Source: Dehalococcoidia bacterium (GTDB lineage Bacteria > Chloroflexota > Dehalococcoidia > GIF9 > UBA5629). Taken from it: a stretch of DNA of 64,000 nt. This document shows positions 8,219 to 19,083 of the stretch, in pieces (the first letter of the stretch is position 1; every line of letters starts with the position of its first letter). The DNA lies in contig JBEKIW010000001.1 in NCBI GenBank assembly GCA_050011565.1, positions 677,855 to 741,854 of the forward strand, in the 5' to 3' direction. Both the position numbers and the translations under genes were made by a program. The notes under the pieces are model-generated. The model made no database searches. It saw only the letters and a list, made by a program, of their open reading frames with translations, and was not told where the DNA came from.

Positions 8219-10152
8219 GCTGCCTCCCTTATGATAGCTCCTTGCGGGCAGACGTCCGCGCAAACGCCACATCCGGAACAAATAACCTCGTCTATCCTGG
8301 ATTTACCGGCTTTCTTATCCCATATAAGTCCCGGGCAGAGGAAAATTCTGGTACATAGTCTGTCGCAGCCACAAGCTTCGCCGATGCACTTCTCGGCATC
8401 AATATGCACCTTGTAGGGTGTTTTTTCCTTTTTGGCTCTGACCAGTTCGCAACTGCGGCGCATTATAGCCACTTTAGCGCCTCCGTCCTCAGCCATCATC
8501 TTCAATAATGTATTAGTAGTACCTTTCAAGTCGAAGGGGTCGCAGACCTCAACATGCGCGCCCAAAGAGCGGCATAGAGCTTCCATGCTCACCACCTTGG
8601 TCGGCTCCCCCATAGCAGTCATTCCGGTGCCCGGATGAGGTTGAAAGCCGGTCATAGCCGTGGCACTGTTGTCCAGAATAACAAGTATAAACTTAGATTG
8701 ATTATAAATACCGTTTATCAATGCCGGAATAGTAGCGTGATAGAAAGTGGAATCCCCAACTACAGCAATCACCGGCTGGTCAAAGCCAAACTGTCCTAGC
8801 TTACCCAAACCGTTAGCCACACCGGCTCCACCGCCCATGCAGTGCATTGTCCTGACCTGAAAGAAGCCGGCAGGTCCCAATGCCAGGGAGTAACATCCTA
8901 TATCGCCTGTAACGAAACCATCACGCCCATCTAGCTTAAGCGCGTTCTTAATCGACCAGAACGTAGCACGATGTGGACAGCCAGCACAAAAGGTCATGCT
9001 CCTTTCCGGAACGCTGCTCTTAACCAGAGCTTCCGCTTTTTTGCTGTATTGGATGTCACGAGGTTGGTATGTCAACCCTAATATCGTGGATATAGCCTTG
9101 ATGACCATATCCGGATTTAGCTCCCCGTAGGCATTTATGTGCCCTGAACGCTTTCCATAAAAGGTAGGGCGTATAGCGTTTGGAGGTAAATTGCCGGCTA
9201 ATTCCATAACGCTCCGCTCCAGGAAAGGATCAATTTCTTCTACAAATAAAACTTTATCCGATTTATTCAGGTGCTCCGTAACAAACTTCTCCGGCAGCGG
9301 CCACAGCGTCCCCAGTTTGAGAATACCCACCCTGTCTCTCAGTTTTAGCGCCTCTATGGCATCCTGAGAGTAAAGCCAGCAACTACCGCTGGTTATAATC
9401 AGCAGATCCGACTTATCGGGCCCCGCATATCGATTAAACGGCGATGATTCGAACTTCTCACGTGCCTTGTCTAGCTTCATGTGTAAGAAGAAATGGCGCA
9501 AGGAACTCGGCATCGGCATGAATGTGGTTGGCATTACGTTTTTCAAATCGTGTATCTGGTCGAAATGAGCCTTATGCTGTTTCGCCGGCAGTTCACCTAG
9601 CTTTACATTACCTCGGGCATGAGCAATACGAGTCACACTGCGTAATATACAAAGGGTACCCAATTCTTCAGCCAGGTCAAAGAGCCATTTTGTCATATCT
9701 TTGGCCTCTTGAAAGTCACCCGGTTCTACCAGCGGAATGTCCAACCATTTGGCTATCGGCCGTGTATCCTGCTCATTAGAGCTGGATATAGCCGACGGGT
9801 CATCGCAGCTCACTAAAACCAGGCCTCCTTTGCCCGTACCGCTCATAACCAGGTTTGCCAGAAAATCAGAAACCACATTTATCCCGTTCTGTTTCATAGC
9901 AGCCAGAGCTCTAATGCCGGCAAAGGAAGCACCGGCGGCAGCTTCCATGGCCACCATCTCATTTATCGACCATTCTGCGTATATACCTATCTTCTTAGCT
10001 ACCTGAGCTAAGCTGCCTAGAATTTCCGATGATGGCGTGCCCGGATAGGCAGCGGCAAATCCTATACCAGCCTCCAGTGCTCCCCGGGCAATAGCTTCGT
10101 TACCAATAAAGAGCTGGCTGGTGCCAGGTGCATCTATCTCGATATTCGCCAT
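8215..10152 (-). CDS. iorA: Indolepyruvate:ferredoxin oxidoreductase alpha subunit
   Basis: GNEAIARG, YPGTPSSEI, FCAGCPHR, GDIGCY, GDSTF and C-terminal ferredoxin CSGCGVCADVCP. Confidence 0.94.
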   Translation of the reverse strand: MANIEIDAPGTSQLFIGNEAIARGALEAGIGFAAAYPGTPSSEILGSLAQVAKKIGIYAEWSINEMVAMEAAAGASFAGIRALAAMKQNGINVVSDFLANLVMSGTGKGGLVLVSCDDPSAISSSNEQDTRPIAKWLDIPLVEPGDFQEAKDMTKWLFDLAEELGTLCILRSVTRIAHARGNVKLGELPAKQHKAHFDQIHDLKNVMPTTFMPMPSSLRHFFLHMKLDKAREKFESSPFNRYAGPDKSDLLIITSGSCWLYSQDAIEALKLRDRVGILKLGTLWPLPEKFVTEHLNKSDKVLFVEEIDPFLERSVMELAGNLPPNAIRPTFYGKRSGHINAYGELNPDMVIKAISTILGLTYQPRDIQYSKKAEALVKSSVPERSMTFCAGCPHRATFWSIKNALKLDGRDGFVTGDIGCYSLALGPAGFFQVRTMHCMGGGAGVANGLGKLGQFGFDQPVIAVVGDSTFYHATIPALINGIYNQSKFILVILDNSATAMTGFQPHPGTGMTAMGEPTKVVSMEALCRSLGAHVEVCDPFDLKGTTNTLLKMMAEDGGAKVAIMRRSCELVRAKKEKTPYKVHIDAEKCIGEACGCDRLCTRIFLCPGLIWDKKAGKSRIDEVICSGCGVCADVCPQGAIIREAA

Positions 10153-10181
10153 AACACTTACCTCCTTGTTTCCGACACCTG

Positions 10182-11297
10182 CTAGGCTAGTAGCTTTTCG
10201 GTCAATCTGGGCGATAAACCAAGATACAACAGGTTGTTTTTGTCACCGCTCTTTTTGACAATCTCATTCATAGCCCGCTTCTTTTTGAGCAGCGCCGCTT
10301 CTTTGATATGCTCCAGGTTTGACGCAGGCAACTTGTCTACTTGAAGCTTCCCTTTCTTTTTTGCTATCTCAATTAGGTCGGCACCACCATCGGTGCGAAC
10401 TATGACGGTGTTCCATCCTTCGGTGCCCTCGACAGAGCCAACCGAAACGTCAGCAAACTCTGATGTCATATCCAAACAATAAGCGCAGGTAGGCATCGTG
10501 AACTTTCTGATTTGTTCCAGCGGAAACGAAGTTTTGCCCGATGCAGTATAAGCATCGAACCTGTTCGCCGGTGGTGGTGGGATATCGAATTTCTTAACTT
10601 TGGCCAGGTCGATATTTTCCTTCAAGAATCGATAGAATTTGTCGGGAGACAAAGCCCAGGTGCAGAACAGTCCGATAACCAATTCGACATTATCTATGCT
10701 AACTCTGTTCTCTGGTGGCTCTGCTTTCATCTTCGTCACAGATAAAACCTGACAAGGCATGGCAACAATTCCCAGTTTGAGAATGTCTTCTTTGGGGATT
10801 TGGTTATATCTTCCCAATACGGGACAGGCCATATAGCTGGAGCCGGCACATTGAAGCACATCATCGACACTTCGAGCCAGAAATGGAGCCGGAGTTTTAT
10901 CATCCGAAGTCTTAGTCAGGACGGCTCCATCGATAAGACCCTCAGCCAGTGCCAGTGATAATAGTGCAGTTACCACGCCGCCGTACTGTGCTTTTTTCTT
11001 AACGACAGCGTCCGTTGCTCTGGCCATGAATACTTCTTTTACGGTGCCTATCTCATTATCTCCATAAGGCGTGCCGAATATTTTTCGACTAATTGCATCC
11101 ATATCTGTGTAAGTACGTGGACAGTATTCATAGCATTGCGCTTCATCCGTTCTGGTACAATTATCCAGAAGCGCTACTCTACCGTTATGATAAGCCAGGT
11201 AAGGGCAATTACCAGTACAGGCGCCACATAAAGCACATAATCTGGTCTCTATGACTTCAGTGACAAGATCCTGGCAACCCTTGGCTTTTATAGCCAT
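10182..11297 (-). CDS. Coenzyme F420 hydrogenase/dehydrogenase beta-subunit (FrhB/FdhB) family protein
   Basis: CALCGACTGNCP, AQYGGVVTALL, MPCQ, IGLFC, C..C.D...EFADVSVG and GWNTVIVRT. Confidence 0.9.
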   Translation of the reverse strand: MAIKAKGCQDLVTEVIETRLCALCGACTGNCPYLAYHNGRVALLDNCTRTDEAQCYEYCPRTYTDMDAISRKIFGTPYGDNEIGTVKEVFMARATDAVVKKKAQYGGVVTALLSLALAEGLIDGAVLTKTSDDKTPAPFLARSVDDVLQCAGSSYMACPVLGRYNQIPKEDILKLGIVAMPCQVLSVTKMKAEPPENRVSIDNVELVIGLFCTWALSPDKFYRFLKENIDLAKVKKFDIPPPPANRFDAYTASGKTSFPLEQIRKFTMPTCAYCLDMTSEFADVSVGSVEGTEGWNTVIVRTDGGADLIEIAKKKGKLQVDKLPASNLEHIKEAALLKKKRAMNEIVKKSGDKNNLLYLGLSPRLTEKLLA

Positions 11298-11518
11298 AAC
11301 GCTCTCCTTTCTGGATTACAGCCCTGTGTAAACTAGCTCTACCATCGGGCTCTTTAATCTAATGTTTTAAAGCTAAATTCACGGAATTATAGCACAACAG
11401 TTTATGTTCTTAATAAAGATACAGGGCACAAATTACGGCTCTTATTTTTAGTATCGGATAGCTATCTAGCCAATCACATGCATTTTGCAGGTGTAAAGTT
11501 GTAGGTAGATAATATGTT

Positions 11519-13066
11519 CTACAAATCCTCGTTTGTTTTGAAAACGATATGTTTCTGCCAGTCCGGCGAAGGTTTCGGAAAGTCGGTACGGAAATGAGCA
11601 CCCCGGCTTTCTTCACGAAGCAGTGCAGCCTCAGCCATCAAGCGAGCATTCAAAACCATGTTATTGAGCTCGTACGAAGGCCGGTCTGTAGGCTGGGGCA
11701 GTAAACCCTGCCATGTTGCCAGGATATCCGTGGCTTTGGACAGCCCCTCACCGGAACGGACGATACCCACTTTATCCCAGAGAAGAGATTGCAGGTTTGT
11801 TAAGTTGAGTTTTGGTGCCGTTCTCAGCTTCTTGCGCTGCTCAAGATGGTAACAGTTGGTTTGGCTGGTTACCGGAGTTGAGATGGTCCCAGTAGCCTCC
11901 CTTGCTCTTTCAATAATCCGTTTACTGAAGACCACAACCTCGAGCAACGAGTTTGAAGCCAATCGGTTGGCACCGTGGACACCGGTACATGCAGTTTCAC
12001 CGGCAGCAAATAACCCGGCGATATTAGTCTCACCCCATATATTTACCTTAACCCCACCCATGAAATAATGGGCGGCTGGAGCTACCGGGATAAGGCCTTT
12101 GGTGATGTCCAGTCCATGGTCCAGACAGAAGCGATAGATATTTGGGAAACGCGTGGCGACACGGCGAGCCGGTATATGCGTCACATCCAGGAATACTCGA
12201 TCGCTGCCGGTTTTTCTCATCTCATAAATGATACTTCTGGCTACCACGTCTCTTGGTGCCAGTTCAGCTTCAGGAGTATAGTCGGGCATAAAGCGATAGC
12301 CTTCCACGTTACGCAAAATGCCGCCTTCGCCCCGCACAGCCTCGCTGATAAGAAAGGGCGGAACACCCGGGAGCCGAAGCGCAGTCGGATGAAACTGGAA
12401 AAATTCCATGTCCGTGATTTCGGCACCGGCTTGAAAAGCCAGAGTAATACCATCACCGGTGGCTACATCCGAGTTAGTAGTATATTTAAATAGTCGTCCG
12501 GCACCACCGGTAGCTATAATAACAAAACGGCAATCATAATCTTCAACTGAGCCAGTGCGGGCGTCAAGAGCTCGTACACCTTTGACTTTTCCGGATTCTA
12601 TCAAAATTTGAGTGACTAAACAGTATTCCAGGACTTTTATCGAAGACATGTGCACTCGCCGGCTCAGAGTAACCTCGATATGCTCACCGGTGGCATCGCC
12701 GCCGGCATGAAGTATACGCGGAACGGTATGCGCAGCTTCCCTGGTGAGTGCAATTTCTCCATCCTGTGTATCAAAAGGAACGCCGAATTTTATAAGGTCG
12801 GCAATGCGGTCAGGTGCCTCAGTGACCAGAATTCGTACTGCCTCGGGGTCACACAGCCCATCGCCGGCATTCATAGTGTCCTGGAAATGGAGCTCGGGAG
12901 AATCATTTTTGCCTATAGGGGCAGCAATGCCCCCTTGAGCATGCCTGGTATTACAATCTTCGATACTACCTTTAGTCAGAATAAGGACACTGCCTGCTTC
13001 TTTAGCCAGCAGAGCCGTATAAAGTCCGGCAATACCACTGCCCACTATGATGTAATCGTAAATCAT
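11519..13066 (-). CDS. nadB: L-aspartate oxidase
   Basis: GSGIAG, AQGGIAA, QFHPT, LISEAVRGEG, PAAHYFMGG, VHGANRLASNSLLE, ESRGAH. Confidence 0.96.
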   Translation of the reverse strand: MIYDYIIVGSGIAGLYTALLAKEAGSVLILTKGSIEDCNTRHAQGGIAAPIGKNDSPELHFQDTMNAGDGLCDPEAVRILVTEAPDRIADLIKFGVPFDTQDGEIALTREAAHTVPRILHAGGDATGEHIEVTLSRRVHMSSIKVLEYCLVTQILIESGKVKGVRALDARTGSVEDYDCRFVIIATGGAGRLFKYTTNSDVATGDGITLAFQAGAEITDMEFFQFHPTALRLPGVPPFLISEAVRGEGGILRNVEGYRFMPDYTPEAELAPRDVVARSIIYEMRKTGSDRVFLDVTHIPARRVATRFPNIYRFCLDHGLDITKGLIPVAPAAHYFMGGVKVNIWGETNIAGLFAAGETACTGVHGANRLASNSLLEVVVFSKRIIERAREATGTISTPVTSQTNCYHLEQRKKLRTAPKLNLTNLQSLLWDKVGIVRSGEGLSKATDILATWQGLLPQPTDRPSYELNNMVLNARLMAEAALLREESRGAHFRTDFPKPSPDWQKHIVFKTNEDL

Positions 13067-14367
13067 TATTTCAATCTCCTAGCTATGGCCGGCCCTGGCG
13101 ACTGCGCTTGCAATGCCCAGGGGCTTGTCTTAACTATAGTAACATCTACTAATCTTCCCAGGCAATCATCGGCGCTTTCAAAGAAGACCAGCTTGTTGCT
13201 CCGCGTGCGACCACACCATTTGCCGCCTTTTCTGCCGTCTACCAGCATCTCTACTGTCTTGCCCGTAAGTCGAGAGTTGATTTCAGCCGCTATGTTAGCT
13301 TGAATTTCCTCTACTTTGTTTAGACGTTCCTTCTTAATCTCAGGCGGAATATTGTCCTGATGCTCCTGTGAGGCAATGGTGCCAGGGCGGGGAGAATAGG
13401 CAGCAACATGAACAGTATCGAATCTGATTTCGTCGAGCATAGCCAGAGTTTGCTCAAATTGCTCATCGCTTTCATCAGGAAAGCCAACGATGACATCCGT
13501 GCTCAGTGCCACCTCGGGTATATATTTGCGGATGTTATTAACGAGCTGCCGGTACTGTTTTGCTGTATAACCCCGCCGCATGGCTTTGAGCACATCGTCA
13601 TTTCCTGCCTGGAGCGGAAGGTTTATATGCTTGCAGACCTTGTCTAAAGAAGCGATAGTTTGTATGAGCTGTTGGCTCATATCCTTGGGGTGATTGGTTA
13701 GAAAACGAATCCTAGCCAATCCAACTACATTGTTTAATGCGGAGAGCAAGTAGCCGAGGTCAGATGGTGCTGGTAGGTCGTGCCCGTACGAATTCACATT
13801 CTGGCCTAATAAAGTAACTTCCTTCGCCCCGCGCCCTGCCAGCCCTGTCACTTCACGGACCACCTCATCGATAGGTCGACTCCTTTCCCTTCCCCGCCGG
13901 TATGGGACAATGCAATAGGAACAGAAATTGTTGCATCCCTGAATAATTGGAATAAAAGCACTTACCTTTACGCTCTGGCTTGAAGGTAAGCATGCTATGT
14001 CTTCGGGTACAACAATAGCTTGCTTTTCAGCCCAGTTAAGCAATCCGGCATAATCGGACGGCTTGAAGAACAGGTCGACATGCGGGAAGCTATTCTCAAG
14101 TTGCTTAATATCAGAATCGACGAAGCATCCGGTAACCAGAATAGATAAATCGGACTTTTGACTCTTCATGCCCTTCAGGTAACCAAGCATACCGAGAACT
14201 TTGCTTTCCGCACTTTGCCGGACTACACAGGTATTGAGCACTACCAGATCAGCTTTCTGCAGCATGTCAGTCGCTTGATAGCCAAACAATCCGAGATAGT
14301 TAGCCACGTGCTGCGATTCTGTTCTGTTCATCTGGCAACCTATCGTCCAAATGTAATAGTCAGGCAT
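13066..14367 (-). CDS. miaB: tRNA-i6A37 methylthiotransferase
   Basis: TIGCQMN, NTCVVR, GCNNFCSYCIVP radical-SAM motif and TRAM domain. Confidence 0.96.
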   Translation of the reverse strand: MPDYYIWTIGCQMNRTESQHVANYLGLFGYQATDMLQKADLVVLNTCVVRQSAESKVLGMLGYLKGMKSQKSDLSILVTGCFVDSDIKQLENSFPHVDLFFKPSDYAGLLNWAEKQAIVVPEDIACLPSSQSVKVSAFIPIIQGCNNFCSYCIVPYRRGRERSRPIDEVVREVTGLAGRGAKEVTLLGQNVNSYGHDLPAPSDLGYLLSALNNVVGLARIRFLTNHPKDMSQQLIQTIASLDKVCKHINLPLQAGNDDVLKAMRRGYTAKQYRQLVNNIRKYIPEVALSTDVIVGFPDESDEQFEQTLAMLDEIRFDTVHVAAYSPRPGTIASQEHQDNIPPEIKKERLNKVEEIQANIAAEINSRLTGKTVEMLVDGRKGGKWCGRTRSNKLVFFESADDCLGRLVDVTIVKTSPWALQAQSPGPAIARRLK

Positions 14368-14535
14368 ATCTATTCCTTACGTTTCGAGGTCTCTGCTTCA
14401 AAAATTAAAAATCATTCCCGTTTTCAACTATGCTAGCTCAAAGCCAGAAATTGTGTCAATTCAGAGGTCATTTCTAAAGAGCAAAAGATACTATCAGAGA
14501 AGCTCAGTGTCGACGATTGAGGTGAATGTTTAACA

Positions 14536-14627
14536 TGGCGGAGGGAATGGGATTCGAACCCATGACCCCGATTTCTCGGAGCAACCGCTTAGCAGGCGGC
14601 CGCACTAGACCACTATGCGATCCCTCC
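14536..14627 (-). tRNA. tRNA-Ser(GCT)
   Basis: GGAGGGATCGCATAGTGG...GCCGC-CT-GCT-AA-GCGGT, long variable arm, GGTTCGAATCCC...CCCTCCGCCA. Confidence 0.96.
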
Positions 14628-14743
14628 AGCTGGCAACTTGGTTCAATATAGCACAGTTTTTTTATACCTTTCAACTAAATTAATGAGCACAGCCTTTATG
14701 GAGATACGCTATTTTGATATTATGCTCTTTACTAGGACAAATT

Positions 14744-15223
14744 ATGTTTGATCCTGAGATTAATATCTCAATTAAACGGAATATGGACTTACCTGTAGAT
14801 AAAAACTGGCTTGAAAGGATAGCCAGAAGAGTTCTTGAAGATGAGAGCATTGCCTCGTCAGCGGAGATGGGATTGCTCATTACCGATAGCAAGACGATTC
14901 AAAAGCTAAATAGAATTTATAGAGGTCAGGATAAACCAACAGACGTACTGGCTTTCCAAATGACGCCTAATATGAATCAGGAGCCTGAAGGGTCATTTGT
15001 AAGCCCTCCGGATGGCATTAGACATCTGGGTGAAGTAGTAATCTCATATCCGCAAGCAGTAAAACAAGCACAAGAGCAAGGCCACGGAGTGCCACGAGAG
15101 CTAGCACTGCTAATCGTCCATGGAATACTTCATCTCTTAGGCTATGACCATGAATTGCCGGAAGAAGAACAGAAGATGAGAGACAAGGAAAACGAAATTC
15201 TCTCGTTGCTGGAGTTAGTTTGA
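14744..15223 (+). CDS. ybeY: rRNA maturation RNase YbeY
   Basis: LN..YRGQDKPTDVLAF, LGEVVIS, HGILHLLGYDH; start uncertain (14714 or 14744). Confidence 0.95.
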   Translation: MFDPEINISIKRNMDLPVDKNWLERIARRVLEDESIASSAEMGLLITDSKTIQKLNRIYRGQDKPTDVLAFQMTPNMNQEPEGSFVSPPDGIRHLGEVVISYPQAVKQAQEQGHGVPRELALLIVHGILHLLGYDHELPEEEQKMRDKENEILSLLELV

Positions 15224-15277
15224 GGCGGGCCACTCTATCGCTTGGGACGAAGAACCACTAATTAACGCCGGATTTTC

Positions 15278-15901
15278 CTATAAACTTACCACCCCTGGTT
15301 TTGTCCCGCATTTCGCGGCGGTAACTGCAGCATTTATATGGGCGGCTGTGAGATCCAGATTGTCTGTATAACTTGTAATAACATAATCGAACATTAGCAA
15401 GCTTTCCATTTCTTCCTGAGCTTTGCCAAGTCGAACATCTAAATCGGCTGACGATAATCCGTACCGCTGTTTCAATCGATTAGCCAACTCTTCTGACGAT
15501 GGCGGCATCAGGAATATAAACAGGGCGTCGGGTAAAATTCGCTTGATGGTAGCCGCTCCCTGCACATCCACTTTCACCACAGCATCCAACCCCTGTTTTA
15601 GAGTCTCCTTAATTTGCCGTTCAGGCACGCCGTAGTAATTGCCGTAAACCTTTGCCCACTCCAAAAATTGATTCTTTTTAACCATTTGCTGGAATTTGTC
15701 TTCGGACAAAAACCAATAGTCAACGCCGTCTTTCTCTCCCGGGCGCTTCGGTCGGGTGGTGGCAGTCACAACGTAGTGGTAAGGTAGACCTGCTTTTTTC
15801 ATTCTATCTAAAGTGGCGTCCTTGCCGACACCTGAAGGGCCAGAAATGACAATAAGCAGCGGGTGTGCAGTTTTAGTGTTTTTCCCTTTGTTACGAGCCA
15901 C
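15278..15901 (-). CDS. gmk: Guanylate kinase
   Basis: GPSGVGK, TTRPKRPGEKDGVDY, GNYYG, DVQGA. Confidence 0.96.
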   Translation of the reverse strand: MARNKGKNTKTAHPLLIVISGPSGVGKDATLDRMKKAGLPYHYVVTATTRPKRPGEKDGVDYWFLSEDKFQQMVKKNQFLEWAKVYGNYYGVPERQIKETLKQGLDAVVKVDVQGAATIKRILPDALFIFLMPPSSEELANRLKQRYGLSSADLDVRLGKAQEEMESLLMFDYVITSYTDNLDLTAAHINAAVTAAKCGTKPGVVSL

Positions 15902-15969
15902 TATTATTCCTCGACGGATATCGATTTAAATCAATACCCGTAGCCTGGTGATTAACGGCGTGTATCAAG

Positions 15970-17283
15970 TTAATACTTGGCAAGACTACTCAGTTCTTCC
16001 CAAAAATCCGGATTTGATATTTCGGCAACACGAGCATTTTGAATTGAGGTGTTTCCTCCAGCAACCAGACCGGCTATTGCCAGACTCATCGCCAGCCGAT
16101 GGTCACCATGACTTTGTACTTCCTTGCCGAGCAGTGCCTTTCCCCCATGTATAACCATCCCGTCAGGTAATTCTTCAATCCTGGCACCAAGGCGGGATAG
16201 TTCCTGACTTGTTGACGCAATTCTATCAGATTCTTTGACCCGTAACTCGTTAGCGTCTCTGATTACAGTCTTGCCTTCGGCTACGCAGGCAGCCACAGTC
16301 AGCAGTGGTATCTCGTCGATTAATCGAGGAATTAAATCTCCACCGATTTCAATGGCTTTTAGGCGGCTGGATTCAATATGCAGGTCGGCAACGGGCTCAT
16401 TACCTTCTAATCGCTGGTTCTCTATTCTTAGTCTGGCGCCCATGGCTAAAAGTGCATCTATAATACCGGTCCGTGTCGGATTAACACCGCAATTCAGTAT
16501 CTTAATCTCGGCATTGGGATGGATAGCCCCGGCAACAAGCCAGTAGGCTGCCGAGCTGATATCACCAGGTACATGGAGGTCAACCGCGGTTAACGGAGTA
16601 TTTAAAGGTGTCAGGGAAATGTGTGCATTATCGCTTTCAAGTCTAGCCCCCATGCGTTTGAGCAGTCGCTCTGTATGATCGCGAGATAGCTGAAGTTGCT
16701 CCACAGTGGTATCTCCACGAGCAAACAGGCCGGCTAACAAAATTGCTGATTTAATCTGGGCACTTGGCATCGGTAAGGTGTAGCTCATGCCGTGGAGTTT
16801 CTTACCTCTAATTACTAGGGGAGCCAGGGAATCGTCATCACGTCCATAGATTTCGGCACCCATTAACCGAAGTGGCTCAATTAAGCGTTTCATCGGCCTG
16901 GACCGAAGAGAAGTATCGCCAGTGAGAACAGAAAGGAAGGGCTGTGAAGAGAGAACGCCACTAAGTAGACGTATGGTAGTACCGCTGTTCCCGGCATTGA
17001 GGACATCTCGAGATTCGGTTAAGCCGGCGTTACCAGCTCCAGTAATGAGTATAGCCGGTGGTTTTCCGTCCTGCTTTATCAGCTTAACCCCGAGAGCCCT
17101 TAAACAGTTTATAGTCGAAAGGCAATCTTTGCCTGGCGATAGATTAGTGATTTGACTGTTACCAAGGGCCAGGCTGTTAAGAATAAGAGCACGGTGCGAA
17201 ATAGATTTATCACCAGGTACGGGGATTTCTCCGACCAATTGCCTGGGAGGTAAAATGTTCATTAGTTGCGCTTTTCCAGCCAT
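15970..17283 (-). CDS. aroA: 3-phosphoshikimate 1-carboxyvinyltransferase
   Basis: PGDKSISHRA, GNSGTT, SAQIKSA, ELRVKESDR, DHRLAM; true start may be 17262. Confidence 0.96.
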   Translation of the reverse strand: MAGKAQLMNILPPRQLVGEIPVPGDKSISHRALILNSLALGNSQITNLSPGKDCLSTINCLRALGVKLIKQDGKPPAILITGAGNAGLTESRDVLNAGNSGTTIRLLSGVLSSQPFLSVLTGDTSLRSRPMKRLIEPLRLMGAEIYGRDDDSLAPLVIRGKKLHGMSYTLPMPSAQIKSAILLAGLFARGDTTVEQLQLSRDHTERLLKRMGARLESDNAHISLTPLNTPLTAVDLHVPGDISSAAYWLVAGAIHPNAEIKILNCGVNPTRTGIIDALLAMGARLRIENQRLEGNEPVADLHIESSRLKAIEIGGDLIPRLIDEIPLLTVAACVAEGKTVIRDANELRVKESDRIASTSQELSRLGARIEELPDGMVIHGGKALLGKEVQSHGDHRLAMSLAIAGLVAGGNTSIQNARVAEISNPDFWEELSSLAKY

Positions 17284-18119
17284 TTTTGCCTCGCCTCGTT
17301 AGCTATAGCCAGAGCTCGCTCTATTTCTTCGCTGCCGTCAGCCACCAGCTTACGTAGTTTTTGCAGCTCCTCGATGAACATATCAATCCAGGAGACAATG
17401 GCAGCCTGGTTACTAAGGCAAATATGTGCGCCAAGTTCCGGATTTCCCGAAGCCAGACGCGTGAGGTCACGATATCCGCTAGCTGCTAGACGTGACATCT
17501 TTGGCCAGGAGGGATTTTCAGTGGTTGCCAAGACCAAAGCTACCGACAATAGTAATGGCAGATGACTGATACCAGCTACCAGTCTATCGTGTTCTTCAGC
17601 CTCTATGACAAGAGGAACTGCTCCCAGTGCTTTTACCATATCTTTCACTGTTCTCACAGCAGCTGGCTTGGCTTGCGACAGCGGTGTTAAGCAATAGGTG
17701 CATTTGCGGAACAGGTCGGCTGTAGCAGCTTTAATGGTCGAAATCTCTTTACCCGCCATGGGATGGCCGCCAATAAAGCTTGTCCTAGACGGCAACAATT
17801 TTTGTGCCCATCGCATAACCTGCAGCTTGGTGCTTGCGGTGTCAGTAACAATAGAGCCGTCTGACAACTCGGGAGCAATCTGCGCGAAAACATCTTTTAT
17901 TACCAAGACCGGCGTGGCCACAATAATGATATCAGCGCTCTTGACTGCTTTACGAAGGTCTAATTCGACCCTGTCGATGGCACCTGATTTCCGCGCCAGA
18001 GACGCTGTTTCCCGGCGACGGGCGTAACCGGTTACCTCTGCTCGTCGCCAATTGGCTTGTTTCAAAGCCAATCCTATAGAGCCACCTATAAGACCCAGCC
18101 CGATAATAGCAATACGCAC
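17262..18119 (-). CDS. tyrA: Prephenate dehydrogenase
   Basis: GLGLIGGS, D..STK, GGHPMAG, EEHD...A.ISHLP, G.RD.TRLA. Confidence 0.93.
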   Translation of the reverse strand: MRIAIIGLGLIGGSIGLALKQANWRRAEVTGYARRRETASLARKSGAIDRVELDLRKAVKSADIIIVATPVLVIKDVFAQIAPELSDGSIVTDTASTKLQVMRWAQKLLPSRTSFIGGHPMAGKEISTIKAATADLFRKCTYCLTPLSQAKPAAVRTVKDMVKALGAVPLVIEAEEHDRLVAGISHLPLLLSVALVLATTENPSWPKMSRLAASGYRDLTRLASGNPELGAHICLSNQAAIVSWIDMFIEELQKLRKLVADGSEEIERALAIANEARQKWLEKRN

Positions 18120-18291
18120 GGCACTATTATAGCATTGCTCGAATCAGCTTGAGAACCCATTTGCAAAAAACTATCTTGATTTTGTCTCCGCCATTAGATA
18201 TACTCCAGTTAGATTGGCCAGGACAATAATTGTCCAATAGTCGGGTCAGCATTTCGGAAAATATCTTTCGTTCAGTGCTCTGCGGCAGCTT

Positions 18292-19083
18292 ATGAAACTA
18301 GCTATTACCGGTAAGGGCGGCGTAGGTAAAACCACATTAACAAGCCTTCTAGCCCGGATATACTCAACTGAGGGCAATCGGGTTATAGCTATTGACGCCA
18401 ATCCCGACGCTAATTTAGCTACAGCCCTGGGTATTAGCGCTGAAGAGGCACAGCAGATTACTCCAATTGCCGAACTCCAGGAGTTGATACAGGAACGCAC
18501 TGGAGCTAAATCAAGCAGCTTCGGCATGTTCTTCAAGCTCAATCCTAAAGTCGACGACATCCCTGAGCGATTTTCAATTGAAAAAGACGGTATAAAGCTA
18601 CTGGTCATGGGAACGGTCAAAAGGGGAGGCAGTGGGTGCCTGTGCCCGGAAGGAGCCATGCTGAAAAGCCTGGTGAGCCATCTGGTCTTAGGCAGGTCTG
18701 AGGTGGTTATTATGGACATGGATGCCGGTGTTGAGAACCTGGGACGTGGAACGGCTAAAGCTGTAGATGCCTTCATCATAGTAGTTGAACCCGGGCAGCG
18801 TAGTTTTCAAACAGCTCGAGCCATTCAACGTTTAGCCAAAGACCTGGGCGTCAAAAAGTGCTACATTGTCGGCTCAAAAACTCATGATGACGATGAGCGC
18901 CGGTTTATTATTGACAACCTGTCCGATTTTGAGGTACTGGGTTTTATTAACTATCACCCGGAAGTGGCTCAGGCTGACCGACTTGGAAAGAGCGTATTCG
19001 AAACAGCTCCGGCAGCAGTGGCTGAAGTCAAGGATATAAAGAAAAAACTGGAACGAACCATATCAGGAAAACAGGTTGGCTAA
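18292..19083 (+). CDS. cooC: CooC/AcsF-family nickel-insertion ATPase
   Basis: GKGGVGKTT, DANPDANL, GGSGCLCPE, DMDAGVENLGRGT. Confidence 0.88.
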   Translation: MKLAITGKGGVGKTTLTSLLARIYSTEGNRVIAIDANPDANLATALGISAEEAQQITPIAELQELIQERTGAKSSSFGMFFKLNPKVDDIPERFSIEKDGIKLLVMGTVKRGGSGCLCPEGAMLKSLVSHLVLGRSEVVIMDMDAGVENLGRGTAKAVDAFIIVVEPGQRSFQTARAIQRLAKDLGVKKCYIVGSKTHDDDERRFIIDNLSDFEVLGFINYHPEVAQADRLGKSVFETAPAAVAEVKDIKKKLERTISGKQVG

